From: Naegleria gruberi
Taxonomy: Eukaryota
DNA length: 64,000 nt
Assembly (NCBI GenBank): GCA_000004985.1
Contig: GG738883.1
Strand: one strand, 5' to 3'
A program made the position numbers and the translations under genes. Position 1 is the stretch's first letter. Every line of letters begins with the position of its first letter. Positions 10,767 through 22,156 of the stretch are shown here, piece by piece. The notes under the pieces are model-generated. The model had not been told where the DNA came from, made no database searches, and saw only the letters and a program-made list of their open reading frames with translations.

Positions 10767-11922
10767 TTACATAATTGAACACTTTTTTCCACTGTTGTTC
10801 CTTCTATATTTTTCTAAAATATTTGAGTCTTGTACAATGATTGTTTGTAATAGTTGTAAATCATCAGGTGAGAAGCTTTTCGACATTTTCATACATTCAT
10901 TAAATACTAAATCACTCTTCAACTTGTCCTGCGCAGATGCTTCAATAATTCTTGTGTTTTTCAATTGGAATCGAGTAATAATTTGGTTAATTTCATTCTT
11001 ACAATCAGTAATGGAAATTTGAATTTCTGTTTGTGGAATATCAATCTTGTTAATAACGAAAACCATGGGTAATCCAGCATTTTCGTTAATGTTCAAAATT
11101 TTCTTTACCATGCCATTTAAATTTTTCAAGGATTCACTGTTATCCAGAGAGCAGACCAGTATGAAACTCATTGCATCTCTAATATAACCATCTCTTAATG
11201 CTGCAAATTCCTCCTGACCAGCTGTTATTGAGCCATTGCATATTTATTTTCAATGGAATTCCAATAAAAATATGATATTGTACTTACCAGTATCCAGAAT
11301 TTCAGCAAAGACAGGTGCCCCATCAACAGAAACTTCCTTCCTATACGAATCCTCCAGGGTTGGATCATATAAACTAACAAATACACCCTGTATAAATTGA
11401 ATAGTCAAGGCTGTTTTACCAACCCTTGCTGCATATTTCAATTTAAATTTCACACCAAATAACAATTCAATAATAATTTTCAATAACATTTTAAATATTG
11501 AATAACATTCCAAATGATTACAAACCTTCTCCCATAATGACCATTTTAATAATATCCTTTTCCCAAACACTCTTTGAACTCTTCACTGCAGATTTAATAA
11601 ACCTCATCAATAACAGTTTCCTCCTCAAAACATTCTTTCTAATCATTTCCTCTTTCAATTTGTTTAATTCTTCCCCCAGTGATGCATTCGTTCCTAAATC
11701 CACTTGAAATAATTTCCACCAAAATTCCTCCATCAAATACTTGTTAGTTTCTTTGCAGAGTTTGGAATTAAGTGCTTGAAACTTGATAATGCTCAGTGCA
11801 CATGCCTTCCGAACCGAAAACTCAACTTGTTTAATATCCGAAGGAATTAGAAAAGAGAGAATATGTCGATGTATTTCGTTGGGTAATGAGAGAAAGGCTG
11901 ATGATGATTGCTTAGTAGACAT
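10767..11922 (-). CDS. F-box domain / Ras-family small GTPase fusion with a C-terminal CaaX box (CSIM); three exons
   Basis: Exons on the minus strand are 11922-11526, 11428-11288 and 11221-10767, with introns 11525-11429 (GTTTGT...CAG) and 11287-11222 (GTAAGT...CAG). The N-terminal F-box reads '[17 protein letters not shown]'. The Ras motifs are G1 'GEARVGKT', '[15 protein letters not shown]', 'NKID' and 'SAQ'. The protein ends 'KKCSIM*'. Confidence 0.8.
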
Positions 11923-12863
11923 TTTTTTTAAAGTTTTGTAATCAAACTGTTGTTGTTCATTTGATGTTCCTTTTGATCTTGTTGTGGATGATTACAATAA
12001 TATAGCTCAACAATGTTCTCATACTTGAATTTGTTGTTGAGTGTACCAACCATTGTTCTTCCACTTGTGCCAAATCAATCTACCGTGCCATTCTTTGTTT
12101 TATACATATTTAAATAATACTGGAATATTTCTTTTTTCATCTTCTTTCAGGGAAGTAAATCGATGCTTTTCGGTTTCCCAGGTTGGGGAAGCTTGTAAGG
12201 AGGTTATAAAGCAAGAAAATACCCTATCCAGCAGGTGTAAATCTGTTAAGGCCTATTGACTGAAGAATAGAAGAAACTAATGTGTTGTTTGCCATCCCAT
12301 GAATATTGTCCATACCAACATTAATAGCCTCTTCGTTCACCTCAACTAATCGTTTTGGATTCAAAGAAATAGATTCGCCCAAATTTAAATTGTCATTGGT
12401 TAAGGAATGGTAACATTACCTCACTAACATGAGTTAATATGCAAGATTTACAGGCAATTGATAAACTCGAGAAACCAAAGAAAAGTTATGTCTATTATCG
12501 TAAACATGAAAAATAATCCACACTCCTACCTAATAAACCTCAAATTTACTCTTGATACAATCCTTAAACTTGATCAGTTACAGTTGGTTATTCTTCACAT
12601 ATTGCATCAACTTGCCTTAATGATCAACAACCGTCTTTTACCGCTCAAAATCGTTAAGGTTCTCAAACATTTTACCGTTGCACAATTTAAAATCATCACC
12701 AGAAAAAAACGTTCAAGCTCTTTGCAGACTAGTAGTTAAAAATCGTTGATTGCAACCGCCTTATCATCATCACACAAGCAATTAAATTATTAATATCAAC
12801 CCAGATACTAAGCATTCACAAAAGTTATAATAATTAAGAACCCTCATCAAATTTATTTACAAA

Positions 12864-13571
12864 ATGGCCACCAACTCGATATCAAATATTGTCTTTGATT
12901 ATCCAACTGCTCCTCCTTCTCTTGCTACTCATTTGAACGCTCCTGGACATTCGATTCGTAACTCTTCACATCATTTTCATCCAGTAGCCACAGCAAAGAT
13001 TGGAAAATCATCCTGCAGTAGTAGTGACTCATCTGGTCCAATTCAATCCTCAAGCGAACCTCTAAGAGTACCAACAAGAGTAAATCCAACAAAGAATCAA
13101 TCTTCCATTTCTTTCATTCCATCTAAGAGTGAAAGCTCAACTAGTGCATCTTCTTCGAATAACAAATCTAACAAGTCACTGAACTCTTCCACTATTAAAG
13201 TGACTGAGGTTGGAGCTGTTAGCTCTGTCGAATCACCAAATTTCTGGGCTAGAAAGAGTAGAAATGCTGGATTCAAGAAGGAGGATAATCTCTCCGATGG
13301 TTTGGCCACATTCTTATCAGAAAAGAAGACCATTGAAGATGGTCGTCCAGAGAATATCAGTGGTGCTACCCTCAAGAGAAGTATTGCCACACCAGTTCCT
13401 AATGAGAAACCAACAAGTAAGGTCAAAACAATTGCTCCACCATCCAATGATGATCCACGCCCTAATAGATTGGCTCAAATTCCACCTCCAGTGATTAAGG
13501 AGAAGGCAAGAGGAAAGGCCAAGCTAAAGGAAACACAACCAACTAGACCGACCTTTGCTACTCACTACTAG
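12864..13571 (+). CDS. hypothetical Ser/Pro-rich protein
   Basis: The 235-aa ORF has an ATG at 12864. The sequence is low complexity and I recognise no domain. Confidence 0.4.
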   Translation: MATNSISNIVFDYPTAPPSLATHLNAPGHSIRNSSHHFHPVATAKIGKSSCSSSDSSGPIQSSSEPLRVPTRVNPTKNQSSISFIPSKSESSTSASSSNNKSNKSLNSSTIKVTEVGAVSSVESPNFWARKSRNAGFKKEDNLSDGLATFLSEKKTIEDGRPENISGATLKRSIATPVPNEKPTSKVKTIAPPSNDDPRPNRLAQIPPPVIKEKARGKAKLKETQPTRPTFATHY

Positions 13572-13836
13572 ATCAATTTTTATAATCTCTATTCTTTAAT
13601 TGTAAATACAAGAACTAAGCCGCCCCGATGATTATCAGACATTAACCATTGAAGAAAATTCAATGGTTTAAATGATGATGATTAGAAATAAAATTATTTT
13701 CAAATAATCAATACAATATTGTGTATTTTCTATTGTTGATAGGGAATTATTGCAAATAATAATAAATATTATTATTTATATTTAATATCAAATTTAATTA
13801 ATATTCTGATAGATCATTTAATAATAAAATTAAAAA

Positions 13837-14388
13837 ATGTTGCAACCACGTTTATTACCAAAAGTCTTGGAACAAATCAACACGGATGGAATTAAAACAA
13901 CAATACTGTGTAATGTTAACGGATCATTAATTAGTTCAGCATCAACGACAAATACAACATCAGCCAACAGCAGCGAACAACAATTAACCTATCAACAACA
14001 TCTTCTTCCATCACAACTTAAACATTTGGATAAATTGGTTGCTGCTATTGCTGCCAATATGTGGTACTCTTATCAAAAAGCTGGTAAAACAGCCTTCTCA
14101 CCATCTCCTATTGAATATGATGAAAACGGAAATGTTATTGAACAAGAACCACAAGATCAAGAGGATCAATTGCCACCACAAGAATTAAAATGTCTATTGG
14201 CTGATTGTGAATATGGAAGAATGGCCATCACTGGAGTGAGTAGAAATGTCGTCTTGTGTGTTTGTGCAGAAAAGAATGTACCTTTTGGATTGTTGAACAA
14301 AAAGACAACTGTTTTGAGAGAATATCTGTCGGAACCTTTCAAGATTATTGATGAAGCAATTGAGGAGGAAGAGGAAGAAGAATTTTAA
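13837..14388 (+). CDS. LAMTOR2: Ragulator complex protein LAMTOR2 (roadblock/LC7 domain) with an internal low-complexity insertion and an acidic tail
   Basis: Three blocks align to the human LAMTOR2 sequence I recall: 'MLQPRLLPKVLEQINTDGIKTTILCNVNGSLIS', 'VAAIAANMWYSYQKAG' and 'LKCLLADCEYGRMAITGVSRNVVLCVCAEKNVPFGLLNKKTTVLREYLSEPF'. Confidence 0.8.
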   Translation: MLQPRLLPKVLEQINTDGIKTTILCNVNGSLISSASTTNTTSANSSEQQLTYQQHLLPSQLKHLDKLVAAIAANMWYSYQKAGKTAFSPSPIEYDENGNVIEQEPQDQEDQLPPQELKCLLADCEYGRMAITGVSRNVVLCVCAEKNVPFGLLNKKTTVLREYLSEPFKIIDEAIEEEEEEEF

Positions 14389-14622
14389 TTGATTTTATAA
14401 TAATATTAACAATTTAGAAAATTATTTATTTAATTTAACAATAACTTTATGATTTATTAGGAGAAGAATTTTCAATTATATAAAACAAATTGGAAAAAAT
14501 CTTAGTGAACCAATAATAATAACCAGCAACACCTTTTTAAAAAACGAAACACGAATAATAGTTTATAATTTTTTGTAAATAAATATTGAATAATAATACA
14601 TTGAAAAAAGCTCGAAAAGGAT

Positions 14623-16719
14623 CTATCTGAATTCAACACTATCATCACTGTCAGCTCCATATTCATCTTCGTATTCCTCTTCACTGGCATACTCTGATTC
14701 ATACCCACTAACTTTTCCAGAATTGGAAGGTCTAAAACGAGAACCCAATCTTCTAGAACTTCTCTTATTGCTATCAGAAATTCTTATTGACCTAGTCTTT
14801 AATGATCTGACCTCACTTAAATATTCCTTATTTTGTGAATCCATTTCTTGTAATCTGAATTCGAGCATTTTTCTAGTCTTTTCTTCAGTATTCAATTTCT
14901 CCCTCAATTGTAGAATCGTATTGATCATTTGCTGATATGATAATTTGTTGATACTAATTATATTATTACTGACTGTACCTTCTATTGTCATTAATTCATC
15001 CACTGGATGATCAAGAGCGATCTTTCTTTCATCTTCAAGTTTTTTTTGTTGTTCCATTTTGGCTTGTTTTGCAATCTTGAACTCCTTCTTGGTCAAGACA
15101 GCTCCAAAGTTATCAGGATCATTCTTTGCCAATGCGACAAAAGATTCATATCTCTTGAGCACTGATGATAAATTGTCATGCCACATTCTAAGTGAAATGG
15201 ATGTGTCAACATAATGATAGAGGGAAGGATCTTGTTCTGTAGATCCAAAATCTTCTGTTACAATTACACTAGTGTTAAATCCACCTTTTTGTTGGTAAAT
15301 GACCTTGATGCCATTTACAGAATCAGTATTGGTCTTTTTTTTTTCTTCCTTTTTACCTGGTTGTTCCTCATCATCATCCTCTACCTTTTCAACAGTCTTG
15401 ACTTGGTTCATAATTTCCAATTTCTTAATATGATCGTATGGAATTTCACGATCGACAAGAAATTCTGATTGTGCATGACCTTCACTTGTAGTTGATTCAC
15501 GAATAGTCATGACAACCAAAGATTCACCAGTCAATCTTACCAATCTCAATGGATAAATCATATCAGCACCAACTGATAATTTTTCAACAATACCTCTTGG
15601 CATGTGACCTCTGAAATTCTTTGAAGCACCTCCTCTCTTTTGTTCTGTATCAGATCCACTTGAATAATTTTTTGGTTGGAGACCTACGAGAAGTTGCTTT
15701 TTGGCAACTCCACCACTAGGTGAGCTTGGAGAGGTACTAGGCGAATTAAACATTGAACCAGCTCTCAAATGTTGCATACCACGAGCACTGAGAGCTCCAC
15801 TTTGAGTTGAAGTTGTAGAGGTTGCACTCTTCTTGACCCACAATTGATCACGAGACAAATTCTTTGAACCCTTAAGCTCTATATCATAAGGTGAATCATT
15901 TTCAAAAATTTGAGAATAATTCACAACGAGTACTGACACAATTGCACAAATAGTTGGAGTATCCTTAAGAGAATTCATTGCAAAAGCAGATGGATCATCT
16001 CTCTTCAAATCACCATTCTCATCCTCCTCTTCAGAGGGAGCCCACAATAAATTCGGACCCAAAACCAGTGCAACATTCTCATCATTCATCATGGTTACCT
16101 CACGATTCTTCACAATCAATGCACACAAGGCCATCAACCTCTCCAACACTACAATATTCCTCTCCGACATGCTTCTCACAATTCCTCTCAATTCAATCAC
16201 CCTCTCACGTGTAATACTCGACTCGGCACCACTCGTCGATTCATTTTCTTCTTCTGATGCTGCTGAGGAGGAATTGGCGCCAAACAAATTACATAATTTA
16301 CGATAGAATCGAGCTTCAATCAGCGGCTGAGGCAACTCTCTCAGGTACATCTTCAACAAGCTGGCAATGGCATTCGGATCAGTGCCTGGCATGATGGGTT
16401 TATAGTTGGAATTGTTGGCCTCTTCGAATTGTTGTTTGAGTGCCTCGGTATGACGCAGAGAACCACTCACACGAAAGATGCCCAATACCTGACCATGAAT
16501 GGCAATGTAGGAACAGAGCATGTCGATAAAGTCTGGAACTGGTGGAAGATCGGCTCCACTAGTGCTGCTGCTTGATGATGATGAGAGTTTTTGTTCCTTG
16601 TGGAAGAGAAATCCTAATGGTCTGCCAAAGATTTTGTTCACTTTGAATTGTTGGAATGTTGTTATTAGAAAGGTTGTTATTATTATTCGAAAGTGGATTA
16701 AATTGATGAGCCAATTCAT
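14623..16719 (-). CDS. RhoGAP-domain protein with a long C-terminal coiled-coil/Ser-rich region
   Basis: The ORF has the RhoGAP arginine-finger block 'GIFRVSGSLRHTEALKQQFE' and 'NAIASLLKMYLRELPQPLI'. An ATG lies at 16719 with an in-frame stop upstream, but the 5' exon structure is uncertain. Confidence 0.8.
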   Translation of the reverse strand: MNWLINLIHFRIIITTFLITTFQQFKVNKIFGRPLGFLFHKEQKLSSSSSSSTSGADLPPVPDFIDMLCSYIAIHGQVLGIFRVSGSLRHTEALKQQFEEANNSNYKPIMPGTDPNAIASLLKMYLRELPQPLIEARFYRKLCNLFGANSSSAASEEENESTSGAESSITRERVIELRGIVRSMSERNIVVLERLMALCALIVKNREVTMMNDENVALVLGPNLLWAPSEEEDENGDLKRDDPSAFAMNSLKDTPTICAIVSVLVVNYSQIFENDSPYDIELKGSKNLSRDQLWVKKSATSTTSTQSGALSARGMQHLRAGSMFNSPSTSPSSPSGGVAKKQLLVGLQPKNYSSGSDTEQKRGGASKNFRGHMPRGIVEKLSVGADMIYPLRLVRLTGESLVVMTIRESTTSEGHAQSEFLVDREIPYDHIKKLEIMNQVKTVEKVEDDDEEQPGKKEEKKKTNTDSVNGIKVIYQQKGGFNTSVIVTEDFGSTEQDPSLYHYVDTSISLRMWHDNLSSVLKRYESFVALAKNDPDNFGAVLTKKEFKIAKQAKMEQQKKLEDERKIALDHPVDELMTIEGTVSNNIISINKLSYQQMINTILQLREKLNTEEKTRKMLEFRLQEMDSQNKEYLSEVRSLKTRSIRISDSNKRSSRRLGSRFRPSNSGKVSGYESEYASEEEYEDEYGADSDDSVEFR

Positions 16720-16814
16720 AAGTTGTTGTTGTGTTTGTGAAAGTGATGGCAGTTGTTAAATTTGACAAGTAAGAGTTGTCAACAATATAAAGCGGATTAA
16801 AAAGATGATGATGA

Positions 16815-17255
16815 TCAAGAACGTGTGTGAATGTAATCAATAATCAAAATTTGTATCCTAAGCAAACACAGATAATCTAATAACTTGTACTTACTCTCTT
16901 GGGGTGGTATTGGTGGTGATAATTGTAAATGCATAGTATTTTCTCTACTAATAAACATTGCATATGTGGATTGACCAATACTGTCATTCATTTGGACGTG
17001 AATTAATTCCTTTAAGAGTTCCTTTCTCTTCTTCTTTGGATCTTTCTGTTTAGAGAGCACTGATTTTTCAATATCGGAAGGTAGAAGAGCAAATTTATGT
17101 TTGGAAAGTTTTGGCATACATCTTTCTTGGATGAATTGATCCATGACTTGACTGAAGGTTTCGTCAGATCGAACACCATCTAGACGAAAGGTTTCTACTT
17201 CATTGATGTGAATATTAACACACAATTGTGTTACATCATCAGATAGAGAAGACAT
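16815..17255 (-). CDS. hypothetical protein; possibly a 5' exon of the downstream RhoGAP gene
   Basis: A true ATG at 17255 gives 'MSSLSDDVTQLCVNIHINEVETFRL...'. A GTAAGT sits after '...PPQES' at about 16885 on the minus strand, but I could not find an in-frame acceptor into the RhoGAP ORF. Confidence 0.4.
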   Translation of the reverse strand: MSSLSDDVTQLCVNIHINEVETFRLDGVRSDETFSQVMDQFIQERCMPKLSKHKFALLPSDIEKSVLSKQKDPKKKRKELLKELIHVQMNDSIGQSTYAMFISRENTMHLQLSPPIPPQESKYKLLDYLCLLRIQILIIDYIHTRS

Positions 17256-17620
17256 TTTTTTACTGTGTGATGACAAGTGATCGCCTCTTGGTCAAGTTTT
17301 CTCAAATCAGTGAATGTTTTTTCTTCGTTGTCAACAAATCTTTGAATGGATCCTTATTGATTTTTCTTATGGTTAAGCCATAGTTATAACTGCTAGTTCT
17401 ATCTTATCGTTGGATTGAATAGTATTGTTGTAATTTGTCCTTTTTTAAAACTTTTTTCTGTTGGATAATTTATTTGAAGAATTTACAAAATAATTTATAG
17501 GTTAGATTTGGTTTTTGTGTCCATACGAGACAGACACAACTCTAGGTGTTAAATGATCATTCCGATACGATCCTCCAATAATAATTATTAATTAATATTG
17601 AAAAGGATGATTTCCAAAAT

Positions 17621-18094
17621 TTAATCCGTAAAGGCAGCAAGTGCATTATCAAACTTTGACATGACAGTCTCTGTAACTTGTTGTAAATTAACTAATCCTT
17701 CTTCAAGAGTTTCCTTTGCAGTATACTTTTCACCAACAGTTTGGAGTCTCAAATTCATCTTGGCTTCAAGTGGATGAGGAACAGTGTAACCACAGAAGCT
17801 AACTTTCTTATTCTTCATTAACATGTGTCTAACAGAGTTACCCATTGTGTGGCTTTCCTTGTGGAAGATAAAAGTAGAAACGGAAGCATCAGGTCCGAGA
17901 TGAATTTCAATATTTGCTGTGATAGCAGCGTGATCTTGAACGATAGATTGTTCCTTCTTCTTTTTCTTTTTTTTATCGGTTTTTGATGAGGAATCACCTT
18001 GTTCATCTTGCATAGTGGCGTCTTCTTCGGCTTCCACTTCGAGAAGTTCTTCATCAAGGTAACTTGGTTTATCTTCGTTTTCAGAGTCAGACAT
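17621..18094 (-). CDS. DNA-directed RNA polymerases I/III subunit RPAC2 (AC19/POLR1D)
   Basis: 'FIFHKESHTMGNSVRHMLMKNKKVSFCGYTVPHPLEAKMNLRLQT...LEEGLVNLQ' matches the AC19/Rpb11-like fold signature. The protein has an acidic N-terminal extension. Confidence 0.8.
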   Translation of the reverse strand: MSDSENEDKPSYLDEELLEVEAEEDATMQDEQGDSSSKTDKKKKKKKEQSIVQDHAAITANIEIHLGPDASVSTFIFHKESHTMGNSVRHMLMKNKKVSFCGYTVPHPLEAKMNLRLQTVGEKYTAKETLEEGLVNLQQVTETVMSKFDNALAAFTD

Positions 18095-18380
18095 TTTTTT
18101 TCAATTTATTTTTTGATATTTTTCATTAATTATTTTTCTTCGCCTCTATAAACTTGCAGCAAGTGTGAGAGACAACCAAGTAATATATAGAAGATAACAC
18201 TCTGTAACAACCAACACATCACAATATTATTCAACTATTCTGTTTGTTCAAAGTCTACCCATGAAAAGAAGTTTTTTAAAAATAACAAGGAAGTGAGGTG
18301 GCAAAGATTTGGACTTATCACTGCGTATCCGATATTATTGTGTTTCAGATTAAAAAAATTCAAATATCGTCTATATCATC

Positions 18381-20846
18381 ATGGGTAATGAGGTTACCAA
18401 GCTCTCCCCGGAGGAGTTGAAGAATCGGCAGATTCAGAAAGTCGATATGGAGATGAGCAGAAAGATGCAGAAGGGTAGTAGATACAATAGTATGTATTGG
18501 TTTGATTGTATTTGTGTTGAAAAGTTTTGATTCCGAATTGTTGTTGGTAAATAATCAACACCATCACGTAACTAAAAATAATAATAATTTATTGGAAAAT
18601 TGGAAATAATGATCATGTGAATATTAATATTTTCTAATTGGAATTATATATTTTGCAATGAATGATGAATAACAATAATAGTGAAGGTACTTTTGAAGGG
18701 TGATCGTAATTCAGGAAAAACCATGTTGTTCAGAAGACTTCAAGGGCAACCATTTAGTGAAGCCTACATTCCTTCAACCGCAATTTCTACAGCTCATGTT
18801 CATTGGAATTACAAGGCCAGTGATGATACAGTAGTAGTTGAAGTTTGGGATGTTGTTGACAAGGGAAAGTTGAATGGTATCACAAATTATGAGGATGCTG
18901 TAATTGATGAAGAAGATAATCAACCAACTCCAGAACAACTTCAACTCAAAGCTCAAGCAATGGCTAAATCAACAGAGTATGAAGTGGAACAATTGAAAAA
19001 GAAAACTAGTTCACCAGCTGTAACAAATTCACCAAATTTTGGAGATCATCAATTGACTGTTATTGATGCCAATATTGTAGATGTTTACAAACATTGTAAT
19101 GCTGTATTATTAGTCTTTGATATTACCAAACCTTGGACATGGGAATATGTAAAGAATGAAATTGAGAACAAAGTTCCAGAAGGTGTTGAAATTGCTGTCA
19201 TTGCAAATTGTAAAGATTTGGAAAATAAGAGAGTTGTTACACAAAATGAAGTTACTGAATTTTGTGCTAGAAGAGGAGTTTTCATCATTGAATGCAGTGG
19301 CTTGAATTGTTATGGATTGAAGGAGATTTACACTTGGTTAAACATTCCATTCTTAAAACTCAAAATTGACATTACAAAGAAGCAATTGAATATTTTGGAA
19401 GAGGAATTACAATTCGGAAAGGAAGAAGTGGATCTCTACTTGAAAACATCCAATTATGCCAATCACTTGCAATCTCTCAAAGAAAAGAAGAAGGCAACCA
19501 GTGGGTTCACAGAAGAACTTGCCAATCGTAAGGTAGCTGTTAAGAGACCAACATTGCCACCATCTACACCACCTCCTTCAACCAATCACACTGCTCTCCC
19601 ACAAGCATCTCAAGTTCACAGACCACCAACCACAACAACTGTTCAACACAATACTCCAGATGCCACCTCTATTCCACATCATCAACCTCAACCACAAACT
19701 CAATCACCTGTTCCACCACAAGTCAGATCTGCTCAACCAACCACTCCACAATCTGCTACACCTACTCCAAAAACAAATTCAGGTGGAGGAGGTTTCTTCT
19801 CTGCAGCTCTCTCTTACTTTGGCGGATCTAGTAAGGAAACACCAAAACCTCAACCTCCAAAGGCTGTCCTTCAACCAGTTATTACTGAAAGTAAGGAAAA
19901 GGTTGACATTAATAATTTCTATGCTGGAAATGATGATGAAGATGCTTTCTATTCTGACGAAGGTGAACAATATGCAAGCACCAATGTCACTACAAGTAGA
20001 TCTATGGAAGATGAAGAGGATTCTCCATCAACAAAACCTAAAAAGAAAACTACTAAGAAGTCAACAAAATCTAAAAAGTCAACCAAGAAATCAAAGAAGG
20101 TTGAAAGTGAAGATGAAGAGGAAGAAGAGGACGAAGATTTCAGAGATAGACCAATGATTGACCAATCTGTTAATGAATCTATGGAAGAATTATATGTTCC
20201 TGTATCCAAACAATCATTCAAAAAGTCAGTTTTGGCTGCCACTACTAGCAGTCCTAGTCCAAAGGAAACTCCAAAACCTGAACCAGTTATTGTCAAGAAG
20301 GAAATCCCAACTCTTTCAAAGGAAGAAATTGCTGTAGAGGATGATAACGGTTTCTACAGTGAAGAGGAAGAAACCAAAGTGGAGGAAGAAGACACTTATG
20401 AAGATGCTTTTGCCACCACTACTGACACTAACACTGCACCAGTTACAACTCAAGAAGATGAAGAAGAAAACTTTTATGGAGATGAAATTAAGGAAACCTC
20501 AATGGATATTGTCCCAGAAACTAATGAATCATTCTACGATGACGAAGAAGAAAAGGTACAAGAAGAACCAGTTGAACCTCCAAAGCCAGCCATTGTCTCT
20601 TCTCCAGTTGTTCAAGTTGAAGAACAAAAGCCTGAAGAACCAAAGCAATCAATCTTCTCCCAAAGATCCTACTATGAAGAGGAAGAAGAAAAGCCAAAGA
20701 AGAAAAAGTCCACTAAAAAGGCATCAACCAAGAAATCATCTGCTGAAACTTCTGAAGAAAAACCAAAGAAGAAAAAGAAGAAACCAAAAGCACCAGCTGC
20801 AGAAGAGAGCCAGCCATCTGTTCCAACTGGCTATGAAGAAATATAA
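18381..20846 (+). CDS. RABL6: Rab-like protein 6 (RABL6) homologue: an atypical GTPase domain plus a long acidic/Lys-rich low-complexity C-terminus; two exons
   Basis: Exon 1 is 18381-18489 (MGNEVTKLSPEELKNRQIQKVDMEMSRKMQKGSRYN). The intron is 18490-18681 (GTATGT...AATAG). Exon 2 is 18682-20846. The spliced '[37 protein letters not shown]...VVVEVWDVVDKGK' aligns with human RABL6 '[37 protein letters not shown]...KVEVWDVVDKGK'. Confidence 0.85.
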
Positions 20847-21162
20847 AGTTTCAATAAATTATTGATAGAACAAACTTGAGTAATAATACTTGAGAGTTCT
20901 TTGATTACAAAATATGAAATCACGTTTTGGAATTTTAATTATAATTATTAATTACAAAAAAAATGCATAATCAATTAGTAAAGAAGATTTTGGAAACCTC
21001 CAACAAGGCCACACAAATCAAGACTCTCCTACCAATTGCTACAAAAACAATTGATCATGAATCAGATGGAGCACTGGTAGGTGTTTTATTGAAAATCATT
21101 ATAAAAAACAATATATGAATTAAATCTTTGAATATTTCGGAATTAATAATATAATGATTGGA

Positions 21163-22122
21163 ATGATAAAATAGTATCAAGTAAGAATTGCAGTAGGAGG
21201 ATACTTGAAAACAAGTAATTTGGAAAAGGAAATTGAAAAGGAACAAGAATCAAAGAAGGAAAAGGTTCAAACACCTCCACCACAAGAACCAAAGGAAAAT
21301 AATAACCTTACTCAGGATCCATTCAGACCTATCGATGAGACACTTCTTGTAAAACATGTGGAGCCTTATCATACAGTTGTTTTGAACAAATTTATGGTCA
21401 TTCCTGAACATTTGTTGATTGTTACGAAAGAGTTTGAGCCACAAACTGATAATTTGAGTGTTGGAGATTTTGAATCAATTGTAAATACTATGAGCGAGCT
21501 TAATGGAGATAGGGATGATTATATTTGTTTCTATAATCGTGGACTTTATTCTGGAGCTTCTCAACCTCACAAACATGTTCAAATTGTTCCAAAGAGGGAG
21601 AGAAATGAAAATTTGGAATGGAGTGATAAAGAGCAATTCCCACTTCCTAAAAAGTTTGATTTATATGCTGACGAGTCAGGAAATTCATTGAGAGAATGCA
21701 TAGATTTCCCATTCATTCATCAAATCAGATCTATCAAAGATTGTTTCGAAAAGCCAGATTCAAAGGAAATTGTAAAATCACTCACTGAGGTCTATAACTC
21801 AATGTTAAAGGAATTGGATATGTATGATGAAAAACAAGTTACCGAGGAAGAAGAACGATTCATGGATGTTCAATGTTTGGATGGAGAGATTAAGAAGATT
21901 AACTTGTCCACCAAAAAGTATCCAAGTTATAATCTTCTCTTCTCTAAAAAGTGGATGGTTGTTGTGCCTAGAAGAAATGAAAACTTTATGGGAATTTCAT
22001 GTAATTCTCTGGCCTTCTTGCATGGTTTCTTCTGTAGATCTGATGAATATTGGGAACGCTTAAAGACTGAAATTCAAATCCCAAGATTGTTGGCTCACGT
22101 TACATTCCCAAAAGATAACTAA
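21163..22122 (+). CDS. ATP adenylyltransferase / Ap4A phosphorylase II-like protein (APA1/APA2 family)
   Basis: The first in-frame ATG is at 21163; the track ORF used TTG at 21205. Motifs are 'VVLNKFMVIPEHLLIVTKEFEPQTDNL' and 'GASQPHKHVQIVP', the histidine motif. Confidence 0.65.
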
Positions 22123-22156
22123 GTGTTGAGCATTATTGTTGAATAAAATACAATAT

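Noticed and set aside
12150-12200. 'ATCGATGCTTTTCGG' resembling the 5' end of U2 snRNA (AUCGCUUCUCGGCCUUUUGGC)
   Set aside because: Downstream sequence lacks the U2 branch-point-interaction and Sm-site regions (GUGUAGUAUCUGUUCUUAUCAGU...). The similarity is limited to about 12 nt.
19660-20865. Alternative-frame + strand ORFs (19660-20157, 20341-20865) and minus ORFs within the RABL6 low-complexity tail
   Set aside because: They come from the same repetitive AAG/GAA-rich region. The RABL6 frame is continuous and homology-supported.
21040-21162. Upstream 'ATGAATCAGATGGAGCACTG|GTAGGT' as a first exon of the Ap4A phosphorylase gene
   Set aside because: No acceptor restores the downstream frame. 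An in-frame ATG at 21163 with a preceding stop already gives a complete ORF.
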